A stretch of 62,161 nt of DNA, the filler included, from Syncephalis fuscata S228 (lineage: Eukaryota; Fungi; Zoopagomycota): the NCBI GenBank assembly GCA_025786725.1. It is 4 parts of 4 records of this genome, joined end to end, with 100 filler letters (N's around TTAATTAATTAA, not from the genome) between each part and the next. Parts side by side here need not be neighbours in the genome. Positions count along the whole stretch, not along the records: positions 1 to 28,601 come from JAHLTZ010000098.1; 3 more parts are not named here. One strand, 5' to 3'. A program made the translations under genes and the position numbers. This document shows positions 1-12,435 of the stretch, piece after piece (position 1 is the stretch's first letter; every line of letters starts with the position of its first letter). A model generated the notes under the pieces. The model did not search any database. It was not told the DNA's origin and saw only the letters and a list, made by a program, of their open reading frames with translations.

Positions 1-195
1 AATGTGCATATTTAATTGCATTATTGTATTGATAATTGCACATGAATTAATCAATGTTGGATGCAATATTATACATGTTATAGTGATAAGTGAATGTTTA
101 ATTGTATTTAAAAGTGTTGAAAAGTGAAATGGATAAATAAAAATGTGAGAGTCAAAGTACAGTAGCTCCGCTAATTTATAATATTTATACATTTA

Positions 196-750
196 AACTA
201 GACATTCAATTTATTAAACATAATGATGGGTGGTGAGTGACATTAGGGTCCAAAATACTCATCATCATAGATTTATTATTCGATATGCATATATACTCTA
301 TACACCTATATCGTTAACAACGTATGTCTTTACTATTATATAGCATTCTATTTTTATAGGTTTCAATTACATATAGCTTGTTATATGAATGAGGTGAACG
401 AGTTGAAACTTATTGATAATAGTGCTAGAATAAAAATAAAATATATTAGTTAGAGCAAGGCTAGGAAAGTATAGATTAGTATATAAAATGATAAATGTAT
501 GGCGAGAAAGCAGAAAAAGTGATATTAAAGCTATAGTGTATATATCTTAATGAATGGAGTAAGTGTATTAAGATATATAAAGGATAGAATATGTCAATAT
601 GTCATAAAATGATACATAATAGTATAGGTATACAAAGCTAATGATTTATATATACTGAACATATGCATGCTAGATAATAAATCTATGCTGATTGATGCCA
701 TTCACCACCCACTGTCATGTTCAATAGATTGGATGTTATTAAATATTAGT
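196..750. mobile_element. Non-autonomous TIR (MITE/foldback-like) element, family A, copy 1
   Basis: ~200-290 (atgatgggtggtgagtgaca…catagatttattattcgatatgcatat) is an imperfect inverted repeat of ~660-750 (atatgcat…ataataaatctatg…cattcaccacccactgtcatgttcaatagattggatgtta). Homologous copies occur elsewhere in the window. Confidence 0.65.
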
Positions 751-993
751 CCTATTTATTTATTTATAAGTTATATTTAAAGTTGTTTTATTATGGCTAA
801 TAAAGGGAAAAGGCCAAACAATTATATGTTTGTATATTAATATTTAAGCATTTGGTTGGGTTGGTTGGGTTTTCCTAAAGGTTTATTTCGGAAGAGAGTT
901 GTACAAGTATAGAAAACATTTGAGCTTGAGTTTATCGTCGTTTGCGTGCAGTAAATTCTTCATTTTCCCTGGGTCGTTTGTGTCCTTGTTGGG

Positions 994-1944
994 CTAAATA
1001 TTTGAATGTTTAAATAAAGTTATGTTAAAAATATTTAATTGTTTACCCATCAATTCCTCGAATTTGCGTATCATCATTGGAACGCGAATATCCTTTGACT
1101 TTGAACGTTTGCGTGGCGGAGGTCGTGGCATGACTCTTTTGAACTCTGTTTGCTTTAATATGCATTTGCATATGGGCTTTTTCTCGTATTCTTCTTTTGC
1201 TAGCAATAAAGTATGTTTGTTAGCTATTGTAACTAATAAAAGCGTTTTATTACCTATCAGTGGTGATCTTTTGCGTTGTAACACGTTTTTGTGATTACAA
1301 GTGGACAAAACGGCTTGCTGTGTACTCTTCGGTGCGGCCACTGGCGCCTTGTTTCTATCATGAAGAGAGTTTAGCTTAGCGCCAGTAGTATTACTTACCT
1401 GTTTGCCCGATCGGCGTGATACTGGTTGCGCTATCGATCGTGATGAACGCGATAAATTAAAAGAACAACTGTTGTTTTTCTTGCTCTTCAAAGCTTGGTC
1501 GGCTTTCTTGTTGTTTGCAACTTGGTCGTCTTTCTTGCTCTTCAAAGCTTGCTTGGCTTTCTTGTTGTTTGCAACTTGGTCGTCTTCCTTGCTCTTCAAA
1601 GCTTGCTTGGCTTTCTTGTTGTTTGCAACTTGGTCGTCTTCCTTGCTCTTCAAAGCTTGCTTGGCTTTCTTGTTGTTTGCAACTTGGTCGTCTTCCTTGC
1701 TCTTCAAAGCTTGCTTGGCTTTCTTGTTGTTTGCAACTTGGTCGTCTTCCTTGCTCTTCAAAGCTTGCTTGGCTTTCTTGTTGTTTGCAACTTGGTCGTC
1801 TTCCTTGCTCTTCAAAGCTTGCTTGGCTTTCTTGTTGTTTGCAACTTGGTCGTCCTCATTGCTCTTCACAGTATGGTCCTTGGCAGTACGGCTTCTTGTA
1901 CGGCCGGCAATAGAGCTGTTGGCGGAGTCGGAGATAGTAACCAT
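994..1944 (-). CDS. Basic Lys-rich low-complexity protein with ~7 copies of an 18-aa repeat (EDDQVANNKKAKQALKSK); probably has a further 3' exon below 994
   Basis: 316-aa ATG ORF. There is a GTAAAC donor near 1046 and a TATTTAG acceptor near 994 on the minus strand. No family recognised. Confidence 0.65.
   Translation of the reverse strand: MVTISDSANSSIAGRTRSRTAKDHTVKSNEDDQVANNKKAKQALKSKEDDQVANNKKAKQALKSKEDDQVANNKKAKQALKSKEDDQVANNKKAKQALKSKEDDQVANNKKAKQALKSKEDDQVANNKKAKQALKSKKDDQVANNKKADQALKSKKNNSCSFNLSRSSRSIAQPVSRRSGKQVSNTTGAKLNSLHDRNKAPVAAPKSTQQAVLSTCNHKNVLQRKRSPLIGNKTLLLVTIANKHTLLLAKEEYEKKPICKCILKQTEFKRVMPRPPPRKRSKSKDIRVPMMIRKFEELMGKQLNIFNITLFKHSNI
1476..1868. repeat. 54-bp coding tandem repeat, ~7 near-identical units
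   Basis: Repeated unit cttgctcttcaaagcttgcttggctttcttgttgtttgcaacttggtcgtcttc. Confidence 0.95.
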
Positions 1945-2496
1945 ATTGGTTTTAAGCGTTCAAATAAGTAAAAGGTGAGAAAATTCTTATGTGCGAGTGT
2001 GCAAACAAGTAGGCTGGAGAAGTGAACTAAACAGAAAAGAGAAAAGAAATAACGACTTACGTATGCTTTTATATATTGGTAAACAATAAAAATCGGAAGC
2101 AGCAGCCGAAATTACCCGTATATTTCAGTTACACAATTCAAACAGTAAGTTGAGCCAATTTTCTAAGACCACTAGTTTGCGACAATAAACGTCATTAAAC
2201 CGGGCAAGATGCGATAGGCAATGCCAATACAAAGCAATTGGCTTTTTTATATTTTAGTGTAATGTAAAGATATGATTTCAAGGGAAAAGCCGCGACTAAT
2301 GACGCTCAATCTATTTGCTATTGAGTGTGATTTGACGATGGGCTGATAAGGTTTTGTTTGAAACTCACTGAAGCCTTTGTCTATTTCAAAGTGACGTTGA
2401 GGCATCGTTACAATGAGAAAAACGCGCTATACAATGTTTGGCAGCCTGCTAGTAGAAATATCGTTGTATTTATTGGCTTACAATTGTATTGATTGA

Positions 2497-4027
2497 TGGA
2501 TTCAATTCATTGGATAATGCTGAGTGCTCGCCTCTGCGCTAAACTTACACACGTGTGCCTACATAACACATTCCCCATTAAAACACGTAATCTTAATTGC
2601 GCCTTTTGATTTTACATTTGTTCTTTAACTAATTGGCAGGTGCATTCCACTATTTCATATGTTTGTAAATTACAATGTTTGGTGGAATTCACAGCTTTAT
2701 ATGACACACTGTAACTGCTTGCTTGTGAAGCCATACAATATACAACTGCTCAGCATACTTTACTTGTCTAAATGAGGGAAGTAGCCGGCTCGACCACAGT
2801 GCGAAGGCCGACAGCCCTGTGTTAAAGCAACCTAATTTATGCTGTAGACCACTCTGTGTATTGTATGGTGTGTATGTGTTTATGTATACATGTTCAGGTG
2901 TTCGTGTATACATATCACTATTCCTTGCTTGTGGGTGATGTTAAGCAGTTGTCATAATAGCATTGTTGTTTTGGCAGTTAAAGCGCCTTTACTGGCACAA
3001 CTTTGGTTTAAGGTGCTATACTGTTTGTGCCATCTAAGTTGTTATCTTTAACTGTGTAAAAATGGCGATGTGGTTGTGTTGGCTGTATAATAGCGCAACA
3101 GTGTGCTATTGCACTGCTGTTATTGCATTCTAGATTTCTTGTTTGTGTGTAGATGGCCTAGACGTGGGTATGGGCTCAGCGTTGTTGGTTGTTCGTTTCT
3201 GTTTATCTAGTCATGTATGTCGCCTGACTGAGTAGTTTCTGATATTGTTTGTGTTATAAGCAATGGTAAAACAGCAGCCACGGCACATCGTGATTATGAT
3301 AGCTGAAGACCGTATAGACCGACGCTGATGGGCGGGAGTTTAGGCCATCAACATATCAAATAAACACTGTTTAGCATTGCATTCTATTATGATTGCGTTT
3401 AAGCTATGTTGAATTTTGCTAGATGTTTATTTAGATTTATCAACAAGCTAATATGATGATCATTACAAAGTTAAATAATACTAAACTTTGTTAATTAGCT
3501 GCCAATACTAAATAACATACATTGACAAATGTTTACTATATTTGTAATTATAGATACGATATTGGTGTGCATAAACTATACTAACTAGCAAACCATTGAC
3601 TATTTCACAATCTGATATAGCCGTTGTTGTAGACTCGCTGCTTTTTGTCTTTATTTTCTATTTATATCGTATACTTGGCTGTAAGCTAATAAAATGAGGT
3701 AAACTCAGTTGAATAGTCAAAGAAAGTGCATGGATATTGATGATAAAGTATAATGTATGTATATGACAAAGTGAATCAATTTGAAATTTACGAATAATAT
3801 AATTAATTATGAAAAGCAATTTTATAGTAAAACGTGAAATGTCATGAATGAATGAGCAAAAGGACAATGCATGAATAATGCTAGTAAAATTATAGTTTGC
3901 GTGGCTAAGTGAGCACAATAAATTGCAATTTATAACAGATACAGCTGGCAATAAATAAATGATATTTATTAATCTTATGTAATCAGTAAACGATAGAATG
4001 ATCTACAGTAGAATGAATATACAATAA
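2497..4027. repeat. 1.5-kb direct repeat, copy 1 (copy 2 at 9527-11060)
   Basis: Near-identical to copy 2 from atggatt(c/t)aattcattggataatgctgagtgc to gatctacagtagaatgaatatacaataa, except for a ~70-nt divergent block. Confidence 0.95.
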
Positions 4028-4460
4028 ACTACGTCAATACTAAACCACCATAGCCATCCTTGGGCTTGACAGCTGCCATCGCGATGATCCACTCGAGGCG
4101 ATGCCCAGCGATATAAAAAGCTTGGTAGCTTAGTAGTTTCCCATTGAATACGACACCAATCGACAAATAGCGTGGTAGTATTTTTTTGAGTTAGTGTATA
4201 GGTACTATGTGACTCTTCTTCATCCGCTAATAGTAATTCAATAGCCTGGTTATCTGTATTCAAACGCATATCTTCATCTTCACTGGTCTATATTATTCAT
4301 TAGTGTAGTCTATGTCATTCATTTAACAAATAGCTTACATTCCTAGACCACCAACGGCGTTCGCCTGTCCATCGCGGCATCCATAGAATACGCACCATAC
4401 TATGAATTACCAACCATAATAGCGTATAGCCACCTAACCAAACTGTCCATGTACTCATGT
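4028..4460 (-). pseudogene. Truncated two-exon fragment of an unidentified, possibly membrane-protein gene
   Basis: GC-richer coding-like frames (…FWLGGYTLLWLVIHSMVRILWMPRW…; …LFVDWCRIQWETTKLPSFLYRWASP…) are separated by a GTAAGC…AG intron. The fragment is bounded by the 1.5-kb repeat and a TIR element. Confidence 0.35.
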
Positions 4461-4464
4461 TGTA

Positions 4465-5492
4465 ACCATTTAATGTGATTTGGGTGTCAAATGATTAATT
4501 TAATAACATTCGCGCAATTAGACTAGACAGTCGTTCTATTGAAGATGGAGACGGATGATGAAAAATATTAAATTATTAAATCATCACATTGTATTGTGAT
4601 TTGGGGTCAAATGACAAAGTTTAAAGAAAAGCTTAGTTTAAATGCGTGAATTACTATTGAACATAGAACTGAGTGGTAATGACATCAGTTATCAAATACT
4701 CATTATCATAGGTTTGTTATCCAGTATGCATATATTCAGTACACATATATCCTCTATTCATTTATATCACCTTCAATATGTCCCACACCATTATATATCA
4801 TTCTATGGTATATTAGACACATTTTGTTGTTTATATACTGCGATATACTTCACGCATTCCGTTCATTGCATTATACGCACTATAACTTTAACATCGTTTA
4901 TATGCTTTCTTACCTAACATTTATCATTCTATATATCATTCTATAATCGCCTAACCTTCCTTTATCCAAAACTGTTTTATTTTTGTTCTAGATTTATTAT
5001 TAACAAATGTCGACTAATTCCGCTCATTGATCATGCATATATGCTCAATAACTATAACATTGCTAATCTTGTTCAATATCGCATATTCATTATAATGTTT
5101 ATCATTTTATTATATATTGGCTATACGCGGTCTACAGCCGTTGTCTATATGGCTCCAACTTTTTTATCAGTAAAATTAACTTATCACGCTTAGTTTGTTC
5201 ACTGAGTTATATTGATAGAACAAATAATATGAATATAAACGGAGTTATGTTTTATTAAGATTATTTATAATAAACTAGATCATGTCAACTAGTCATGAAT
5301 TTAATGTTAATCAAACAAAGTGACGGGTATACATAGTAATAACACATACTGTGATGATATATGCATACTGGACAATAGACCTACAATGATGAGTATTTGA
5401 TGGCTGATGTCACTCGCCACCCATCATCATGTTCAATAAATTGGATGTTATTAAAAATAGTCATTTAATCCCAAATCATGTTAATAATAAAT
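4465..5492. mobile_element. TIR element family A, copy 2
   Basis: The left end (ttaatgtgatttgggtgtcaaatgattaatttaataacatt, plus 4655-4740) is inverted relative to the right end 5355-5492 (atatgcatactggacaatagacc…cactcgccacccatcatcatgttcaataaattggatgttattaaaaatagtcatttaatcccaaatca). Confidence 0.7.
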
Positions 5493-5639
5493 AAATAACT
5501 TAATATTAGCATAAAACTAATATAAATAAAAATCATCGCGTTGTACTAATTTCAATATTTATTTTAATATATAAATATTGAATGACACAAATCATTACAA
5601 AATGTTGCCTGTAATTATTCCATTAGCATATGTATCAAA

Positions 5640-8283
5640 TTATTTTAATAAACACCTACATTTTTTGGAAACCTTGACTGGACGTTGGTCGCTACTTATA
5701 CTTGTTGAACGCGCCCGTTTAATACCATGTTGATTTGTAGGAACAGCAGCGTGTTTTTGAACTACATCTTCCGCGTTTGATGCAGTTGAATTTTTGTATA
5801 CTTCCTCTTCAGCATTGTTAGTTATTATCTCTTCTTCCTTCTCGGTTGGTTCTTTTTCTTCTATTACTACTTCTTGTTTGCCAGCCTCTGCTTCTACTAC
5901 TACTATTTCTTCTTCTTCTAATGTCGCTTGAATCAACTCTGAATCGCTGGGGTTTTCTGGTGATTCCGTAAACCATTCGTTTTTCAAAGCTTGTTTTGCC
6001 GTTAAACGCGATGTGCGGTCAACAGCCAAAAGACCGCAGATTAGATTGCGTGCTACAGAAAAATCAAAATTGATTTTGTATTTAGTATTATCTTGTAAAA
6101 TACTTACCTTTTTCTGATACTCCATCCCAGCCATCACCAAAATTCAGTGGACTGCTTAGTATATCAATGATATAATCTTCAGTTGTACTACTATCATCAG
6201 CTTTGTATGGAAGTTTGTCTTGATTAAAATAATAAATTAACAAAGCTGCCAAATTTACAAATACTTACTTGAAAGCATATAATACAATGTGGCATCAAGG
6301 CTCCATAGGTCCGCTTCTTTTTTATATCCTTTTTCAAGAAATTGTGGTCCATACAATATATCCTTAAAGCTGGAATTGTTTTGCACTACATTTTTAATTA
6401 TTTCTCCTCTAAAATTGGAGCGAAGAATTACATCTGGTGCCATATAGCCATTGCTGCCACGTATATTATCAAACACAGGCTTTTTTGAGTTGAGTTTACG
6501 GGCTGTACCAAAATCCGTAATTATAATGGACGGATATTTGACATGCTTTCTGAGTAGAATATTTGCCGGCTAATGTGTGGTTAGAATTGAAATAATGAAT
6601 GTTTACATTCATTTAGTTAATTACCTTAATATCTAAATAATAGTAATAGCAGTTTTGTTAGCTATATAAATAATATTAATTTTAACTTACCAAGATGAAC
6701 AATATCTTTTGCATGAAGATGCTAATTTAAAGTTAGTAACATTATTAAATAAAATTATTGTTTACCTTAACTCCCTCTAACAATTGTTTGAATATGTGTT
6801 TGGCCTCCTGCTCAGCTAGCCGGCCATGGCATTTGCAGTAGCTGAGCAGGTCGCCGCCAGCTGCATACTCAAATATCAAGTAGTTATACCCTTCTGTTTG
6901 ATGAGTATTCACTAGCTTGATAATATTTGGATGGCCCTGAGCAGCAGCGACCATGGCATTTTCTTCTTCAAGTTCATTCACGCTGTCATCCTCTGTCGCT
7001 CCCTTAATCTTCTTTTTGTCACATATTTTGACAGCAATGGGCGTCTTGTTGTCGCGTGTTTCACCATAAAACACGTCGCCGTATGTGCCACTACATTCAG
7101 GTTAAAGATAATACAGTTTGAATGATATACACACTTACTGTCCAAGTAGCTGGCTTGTCACAGCATATTTATTGTTAATGGCCTATAATTGTGTTGGTTG
7201 TTATAAAGTATCATATTTAGATATTGCCAACTTACCAGGCCAAAATCGAGACTTGGATCGCCAATTCTCAGTTCCAGCTTTTCAAATTTATATACAATAT
7301 AAAATACTAAAATAACTGATTAGCAGTGATTTTTATAAATTAATAGAGCTTACCATTGTGGTTATAAAGCTGAATAAAGCTATTGTTATTTAACACACAT
7401 GTGGCTTCGGATTCGATTTTGGCGCCGTTAACTAAACATTTTATCAGTGCTGTGTAATGGCTAATAATAATTGTTATTTACCCATTATTTCTCCGTTCAT
7501 CAAACTCTAATTACATATTTAATACTACTATTGATTGTTATAGCAGTTACTTACTTTAAATCTTATCTCATTATTTTCCTAAATAGTAATTGCAGTTATT
7601 ATTGCTATTCTAATAAAATGACATATATTACTTACCATAAATATGGAGAAATAATTAGCTTGCTTATTATTTTGAATTTCACTTGTGCTAAATCAAATAA
7701 ATCATTGTATTAATTAATGTTGTGTGGTATGGTTCATTAGCATTATGTTTAATTAAATCAGCTATTGTTGGTTTGTATATATTTGTTATGTAATACAAAT
7801 CATGATATAGTACTATATAGTAAAGTACTAGTTTTATACGCTGTATAACTTACCTAGAAATAACTTGGCCAGCATTGAATATTTCTCCATGTTTCAGAAG
7901 ATGTTCTTTAAATAGATGGTTATGTCAATTGCTTATTAATGATATATTTACTTACCTGTATTTTTGTCATCAACAACTTCAATCCATCCCGCTACCTCTG
8001 CCCGCTCTGCCTCGCTCAATGTTGCCCATGCTGTAGGAAGCTTTTCATATATGCTTCCTACAGAGTTATTAGGCGTAACGAATGGCGAGGCAAGAGCGGG
8101 CACATAGGCTGTGTTTGTTACTTGGACCGCTGAAGATAATTCATAAGAAATATCTTTAGTAGCAGAGTATGTAACTGGTTCAGCTACAAATGGCGAAGCG
8201 GGAGGAGGCAATGAGATACGAGGAGGATTATTTATAGACGAAGCAGCATTGATACAGCTAAATGGATTGTTTGGGCTGTCCAT
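5640..8283 (-). CDS. Multi-exon Ser/Thr kinase of the CAMK group with an FHA-like N-terminal region (Chk2/Rad53/Mek1-like architecture); possibly degenerate
   Basis: Motifs seen across exons: SGTYGDV, IAVKICDKK, HPNIIKL, IFEYAAGGDL, IVHL|DIK|PANILL, ITDFG, GSNGYMAPD, ADLWSL, RLTAKQAL. An FHA-like segment NGAKIESEATCVLNNNSFIQL lies near 7360-7430. Confidence 0.8.
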
Positions 8284-9526
8284 GATGTATATAAACTTAG
8301 ATATTTAAGAAATGTTATAATACTGCAAGATAAAATCAAAACACACGTATCAAATAATGATATAAAGCTTTTAGAAAAGGTTCATTACGCGAATACTATA
8401 TTGAACAACTCATATATTTATTTAATAAATAGGCTAACAAGCATGGGCGATGTGTCATAGTACATTTGAAACAGCACCATTACGACATGGCTGATTGCGC
8501 TATAATGTGTTTCTAAACATTTGGTTTTTTATTAATCATATGTCAGTATATGACCAATTGGCTAGCAATTGTACAACAAATCAATGAGTGCAACTGATTG
8601 TCAAGCTTGAACAATGTGTTGCTGAAACCGCCATTACCGATTGGGAAATGCACTGTGCACACACGTAGTAGCACAGAGTAAGCATTTTGAGAGTTAGTTT
8701 GGCCGACATTCATACGCAAATAGTGGGCATATTTTAATAAAGTTTATGCAAAAATATCTGGCAATATGGATGCTACTGAAATAAATAAATTATAACTACG
8801 TATTCAAATAGCATATAATATTTGTTAGCTGTATGTAGTTACTATAATATAGCAAGTTGTATAGGAAAGTAGCCAAGTGCTAATGATTGATGCTAATGAC
8901 ACCGTGTAACATGCATGAGAATACCAAATAAATTGGCTTTACAAAAACGTTTGTTTCATAGCTAAGACTTGAATGTATAGCTTACTGTACACACTTGTAG
9001 ATCATCTTCAGCAAAATATTTAAGAATTCAGTGTAAAGCCTTTTATTTCAACTGGATGTTATTTCAACATCGATTAATAGCATGCATATCTTATTTAATT
9101 GTAATTTGCTTAGACATATTCCATCAACTGATGATGATTTAAACAAGACTGCAATCTTAAAATGGCATTACGCCTATTTTTATGTGCACCTTTTTTCACT
9201 AGCTTGCATTTTTTATTAGCACTGACGTGCATATCCATCGAAGAAAGCAATGAAACAAGTTCAGACTATTTCGTAATTGTATTACCGCGATAGATAAGTA
9301 AATCACCATTATTTGTTTATTTACATTAGATTGGTATATTGGTAACGCAATAATCCGTATTCAACCATTTTATTTTTACTGAATCATCGCACTGTTCAAT
9401 TGAACAAATAGTTCTTTGCCTTGCAATGATATTCGCCCTTACTGAATATGCATTTATGTTACACACCATTGCATAACACGCCTTTCTTTAAGCTGGCCTA
9501 TTCTGTTTCTTTTTTTCACTCTGCTT

Positions 9527-11060
9527 AATGGATTTAATTCATTGGATAATGCTGAGTGCTCGCCTCTGCGCTAAACTTACACACGTGTGCCTACATAACA
9601 CATTCCCCATTAAAACACGTGATCCTAACTATGCCTTTTGATTTTACATTTGTTCTTTAACTAATTGGCAGGTGCATTCCACTATTTCATATGTTCGTAA
9701 CTTACAATGTTTGGTGGAATTCACAGCTTTATATGACACACTGTAACTGCTTGCTTGTGAAGCCATACAATATACAACTGCTCAGCATACTTTAAGTTGT
9801 ATAGACGGCTGTAATTAGTCGCGATAATCCATTGCGGTGATCGATCGCACACTGTCAAAGCACTTTAATTTATGCTGTAGTCCACTATGTGTATTGTATG
9901 GTGTGTATGTGTTTATGTATACATGTTCAGGTGTTCGTGTATACATATCACTATTCCTTGCTTGTGGGTGATGTTAAGCAGTTGTCATAATGGCATTGTT
10001 GTTTTGGCAGTTAAAGTGCCTTTACTGGCACAACTTTGGTTTAAGGTGCTATACTGTTTGTGCCATCTAAGTTGTTATCTTTAACTGTGTAAAAATGGCG
10101 ATGTGGTTGTGTTGGCTGTATAATAGCGCAACAGTGTGCTATTGCACTGCTGTTATTGCATTCTAGATTTCTTGTTTGTGTGTAGATGGCCTAGACGTGG
10201 GTATGGGCTCAGCGTTGTTGGTTGTTCGTTTCTGTTTATCTAGTCATGTATGTCGCCTGACTGAGTAGTTTCTGATATTGTTTGTGTTATAAGCAATGGT
10301 AAAACAGCAGCCACGGCACATCGTGATTATGATAGCTGAAGACCGTATAGACCGACGCTGATGGGCGGGAGTTTAGGCCATCAACATATCAAATAAACAC
10401 TGTTTAGCATTGCATTCTATTATGATTGCGTTTAAGCTATGTTGAATTTTGCTAGATGTTTATTTAGATTTATCAACAAGCTAATATGATGATCATTACA
10501 AAGTTAAATAATACTAAACTTTGTTAATTAGCTGCCAATACTAAATAACATACATTGACAAATGTTTACTATATTTGTAATTATAGATACGATATTGGTG
10601 TGCATAAACTATACTAACTAGCAAACCATTGACTATTTCACAATCTGATATAGCCGTTGTTGTAGACTCGCTGCTTTTTGTCTTTATTTTCTATTTATAT
10701 CGTATACTTGGCTGTAAGCTAATAAAATGAGGTAAACTCAGTTGAATAGTCAAAGAAAGTGCATGGATATTGATGATAAAGTATAATGTATGTATATGAC
10801 AAAGTGAATCAATTTGAAATTTACGAATAATATAATTAATTATGAAAAGCAATTTTATAGTAAAACGTGAAATGTCATGAATGAATGAGCAAAAGGACAA
10901 TGCATGAATAATGCTAGTAAAATTATAGTTTGCGTGGCTAAGTGAGCACAATAAATTGCAATTTATAACAGATACATCTGGCAATAAATAAATGATATTT
11001 ATTAATCTTATGTAATCAGTAAACGATAGAATGATCTACAGTAGAATGAATATACAATAA
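9527..11060. repeat. 1.5-kb direct repeat, copy 2
   Basis: Matches copy 1. The near-identical spurious ORFs 3658-3951 and 10691-10984 confirm the duplication. Confidence 0.95.
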
Positions 11061-11099
11061 TAAAGGCTTGGATAGTTGTATCAAGTCATGGTGTATACA

Positions 11100-11315
11100 A
11101 GGCAATGGGTGGAATGAGTGAAGTGTATTGGAACATATAAAGAATAGATTTATATATAGTGGTCTGGATATACAGCAGAAATGATATATGTATACTGAAT
11201 ATATGCGTACTGGATAATAAATCTACAGTAATGAGTATTTTGATGATTGATGTCATTCACCACCCATCATCATGTTTAATAGATTGGGCGTTATTAAATA
11301 TTAGCCATTTGACCA
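11100..11315. mobile_element. Partial TIR element family A (one terminus)
   Basis: atatgcgtactggataataaatctac…tgtcattcaccacccatcatcatgtttaatagattgg matches 660-750 and 5360-5460. Confidence 0.65.
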
Positions 11316-11581
11316 CCAAACTATTTTAATTTATTAGCAAATTGCTTAATGTTAATAAATCGATGATATATTCTTAAAATGAACAGTGCTAATGTAGTTG
11401 TATTAAATGTAGCTAACTTTAATGTGTTTATTTATTTAGTTTATTAATTAATAAACTAAATAAGATGTATGATAACAATATCCAAAAAGGTATGGGTTGA
11501 AAGTGAAATAGCTTCGCCTTTTTTGCCAGCACTTGCGTCTTTTATTGAATTACTTACCAATCTACTAGTATTGCCAATAAT

Positions 11582-12423
11582 ATGCTGCGTGGTGTCTTTA
11601 TCCTATTTGAGGGAGGGGATCGAGCTGGTAAATCAACTCAATGTCGTCGTCTAGTAGATCATTTGAATGCCAATGGCATAGTGGCGCAGCATAGACGTTT
11701 CCCAGGTCGGTCTTTGTGGTTGGCATGGCCACTCATGCTACCTAGCAATTAGACAGAATACTAATTCCTTTACTATGAATAGATAGAACGACAACGATTG
11801 GTAAAATGATTGATGCCTACCTTGCGGGCAGTACACAGCTTGATGATCGGGCTATCCATTTGCTATTTTCGGCCAATCGATGGGAGGCAGTGTAAGTAGA
11901 AACGGCGATAGCTAGAAACGGTATTTAATACCAATTTAATTAGAGCAAATATGAAAGCGGATTTGCAAAAGGGCATTACATTGGTTGTAGATCGATATGC
12001 TTATTCAGGTGTAGCATTCTCAGCTGCTAAGGTAATAAGGCAATAATTGTAATCATTAAGTGTACTTATAAACACTATTTATTACCATAGGGCCTATCTT
12101 TATCGTGGTGTAAACAACCGGATGTTGGATTATTACGACCAGATCTTGTTTGTTTACTTGATATGCCGGTTGAAAAGGCGGCTCTTCGAGGTGATTTTGG
12201 CCAAGAGCGCTATGAACGAGTAGAGTTGCAAGAGCGTGTTCGTACTTATTTCAGTCAGCTACGCGAGCCTAGCTGGCTTGTACTTAATGCAACAGAGAGT
12301 ATTGAGTCGTTGCATGAAACAATAGTAGAACATGCAATGAAAACACAAGCCGTTTGTAAAAATATGCCAATTTACGAAGATTTATGGCAAACAGAAGAGC
12401 ATGACGCAGATAAAGTAAAATAA
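11582..12423 (+). CDS. CDC8: Thymidylate kinase (dTMP kinase), 4 exons
   Basis: [21 protein letters not shown]-loop; RFP|[14 protein letters not shown]; [11 protein letters not shown]; [16 protein letters not shown]; [13 protein letters not shown] introns. Confidence 0.95.
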
Positions 12424-12435
12424 ATATGTTATTTA

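Noticed and set aside
1403-1978. Three plus-strand hydrophobic or Cys-rich repeat ORFs
   Set aside because: They are antisense shadows of the 54-bp repeat in the minus-strand gene.
2762-2832. Diversity-generating retroelement TR/VR pair (vs 9794-9864)
   Set aside because: The differences are not adenine-specific on either strand, there is no reverse transcriptase in the window, and neither copy is in a credible ORF.
2497-11060. LTR retrotransposon
   Set aside because: No TG…CA ends, PBS/PPT or gag-pol; the interior holds an intron-containing kinase.
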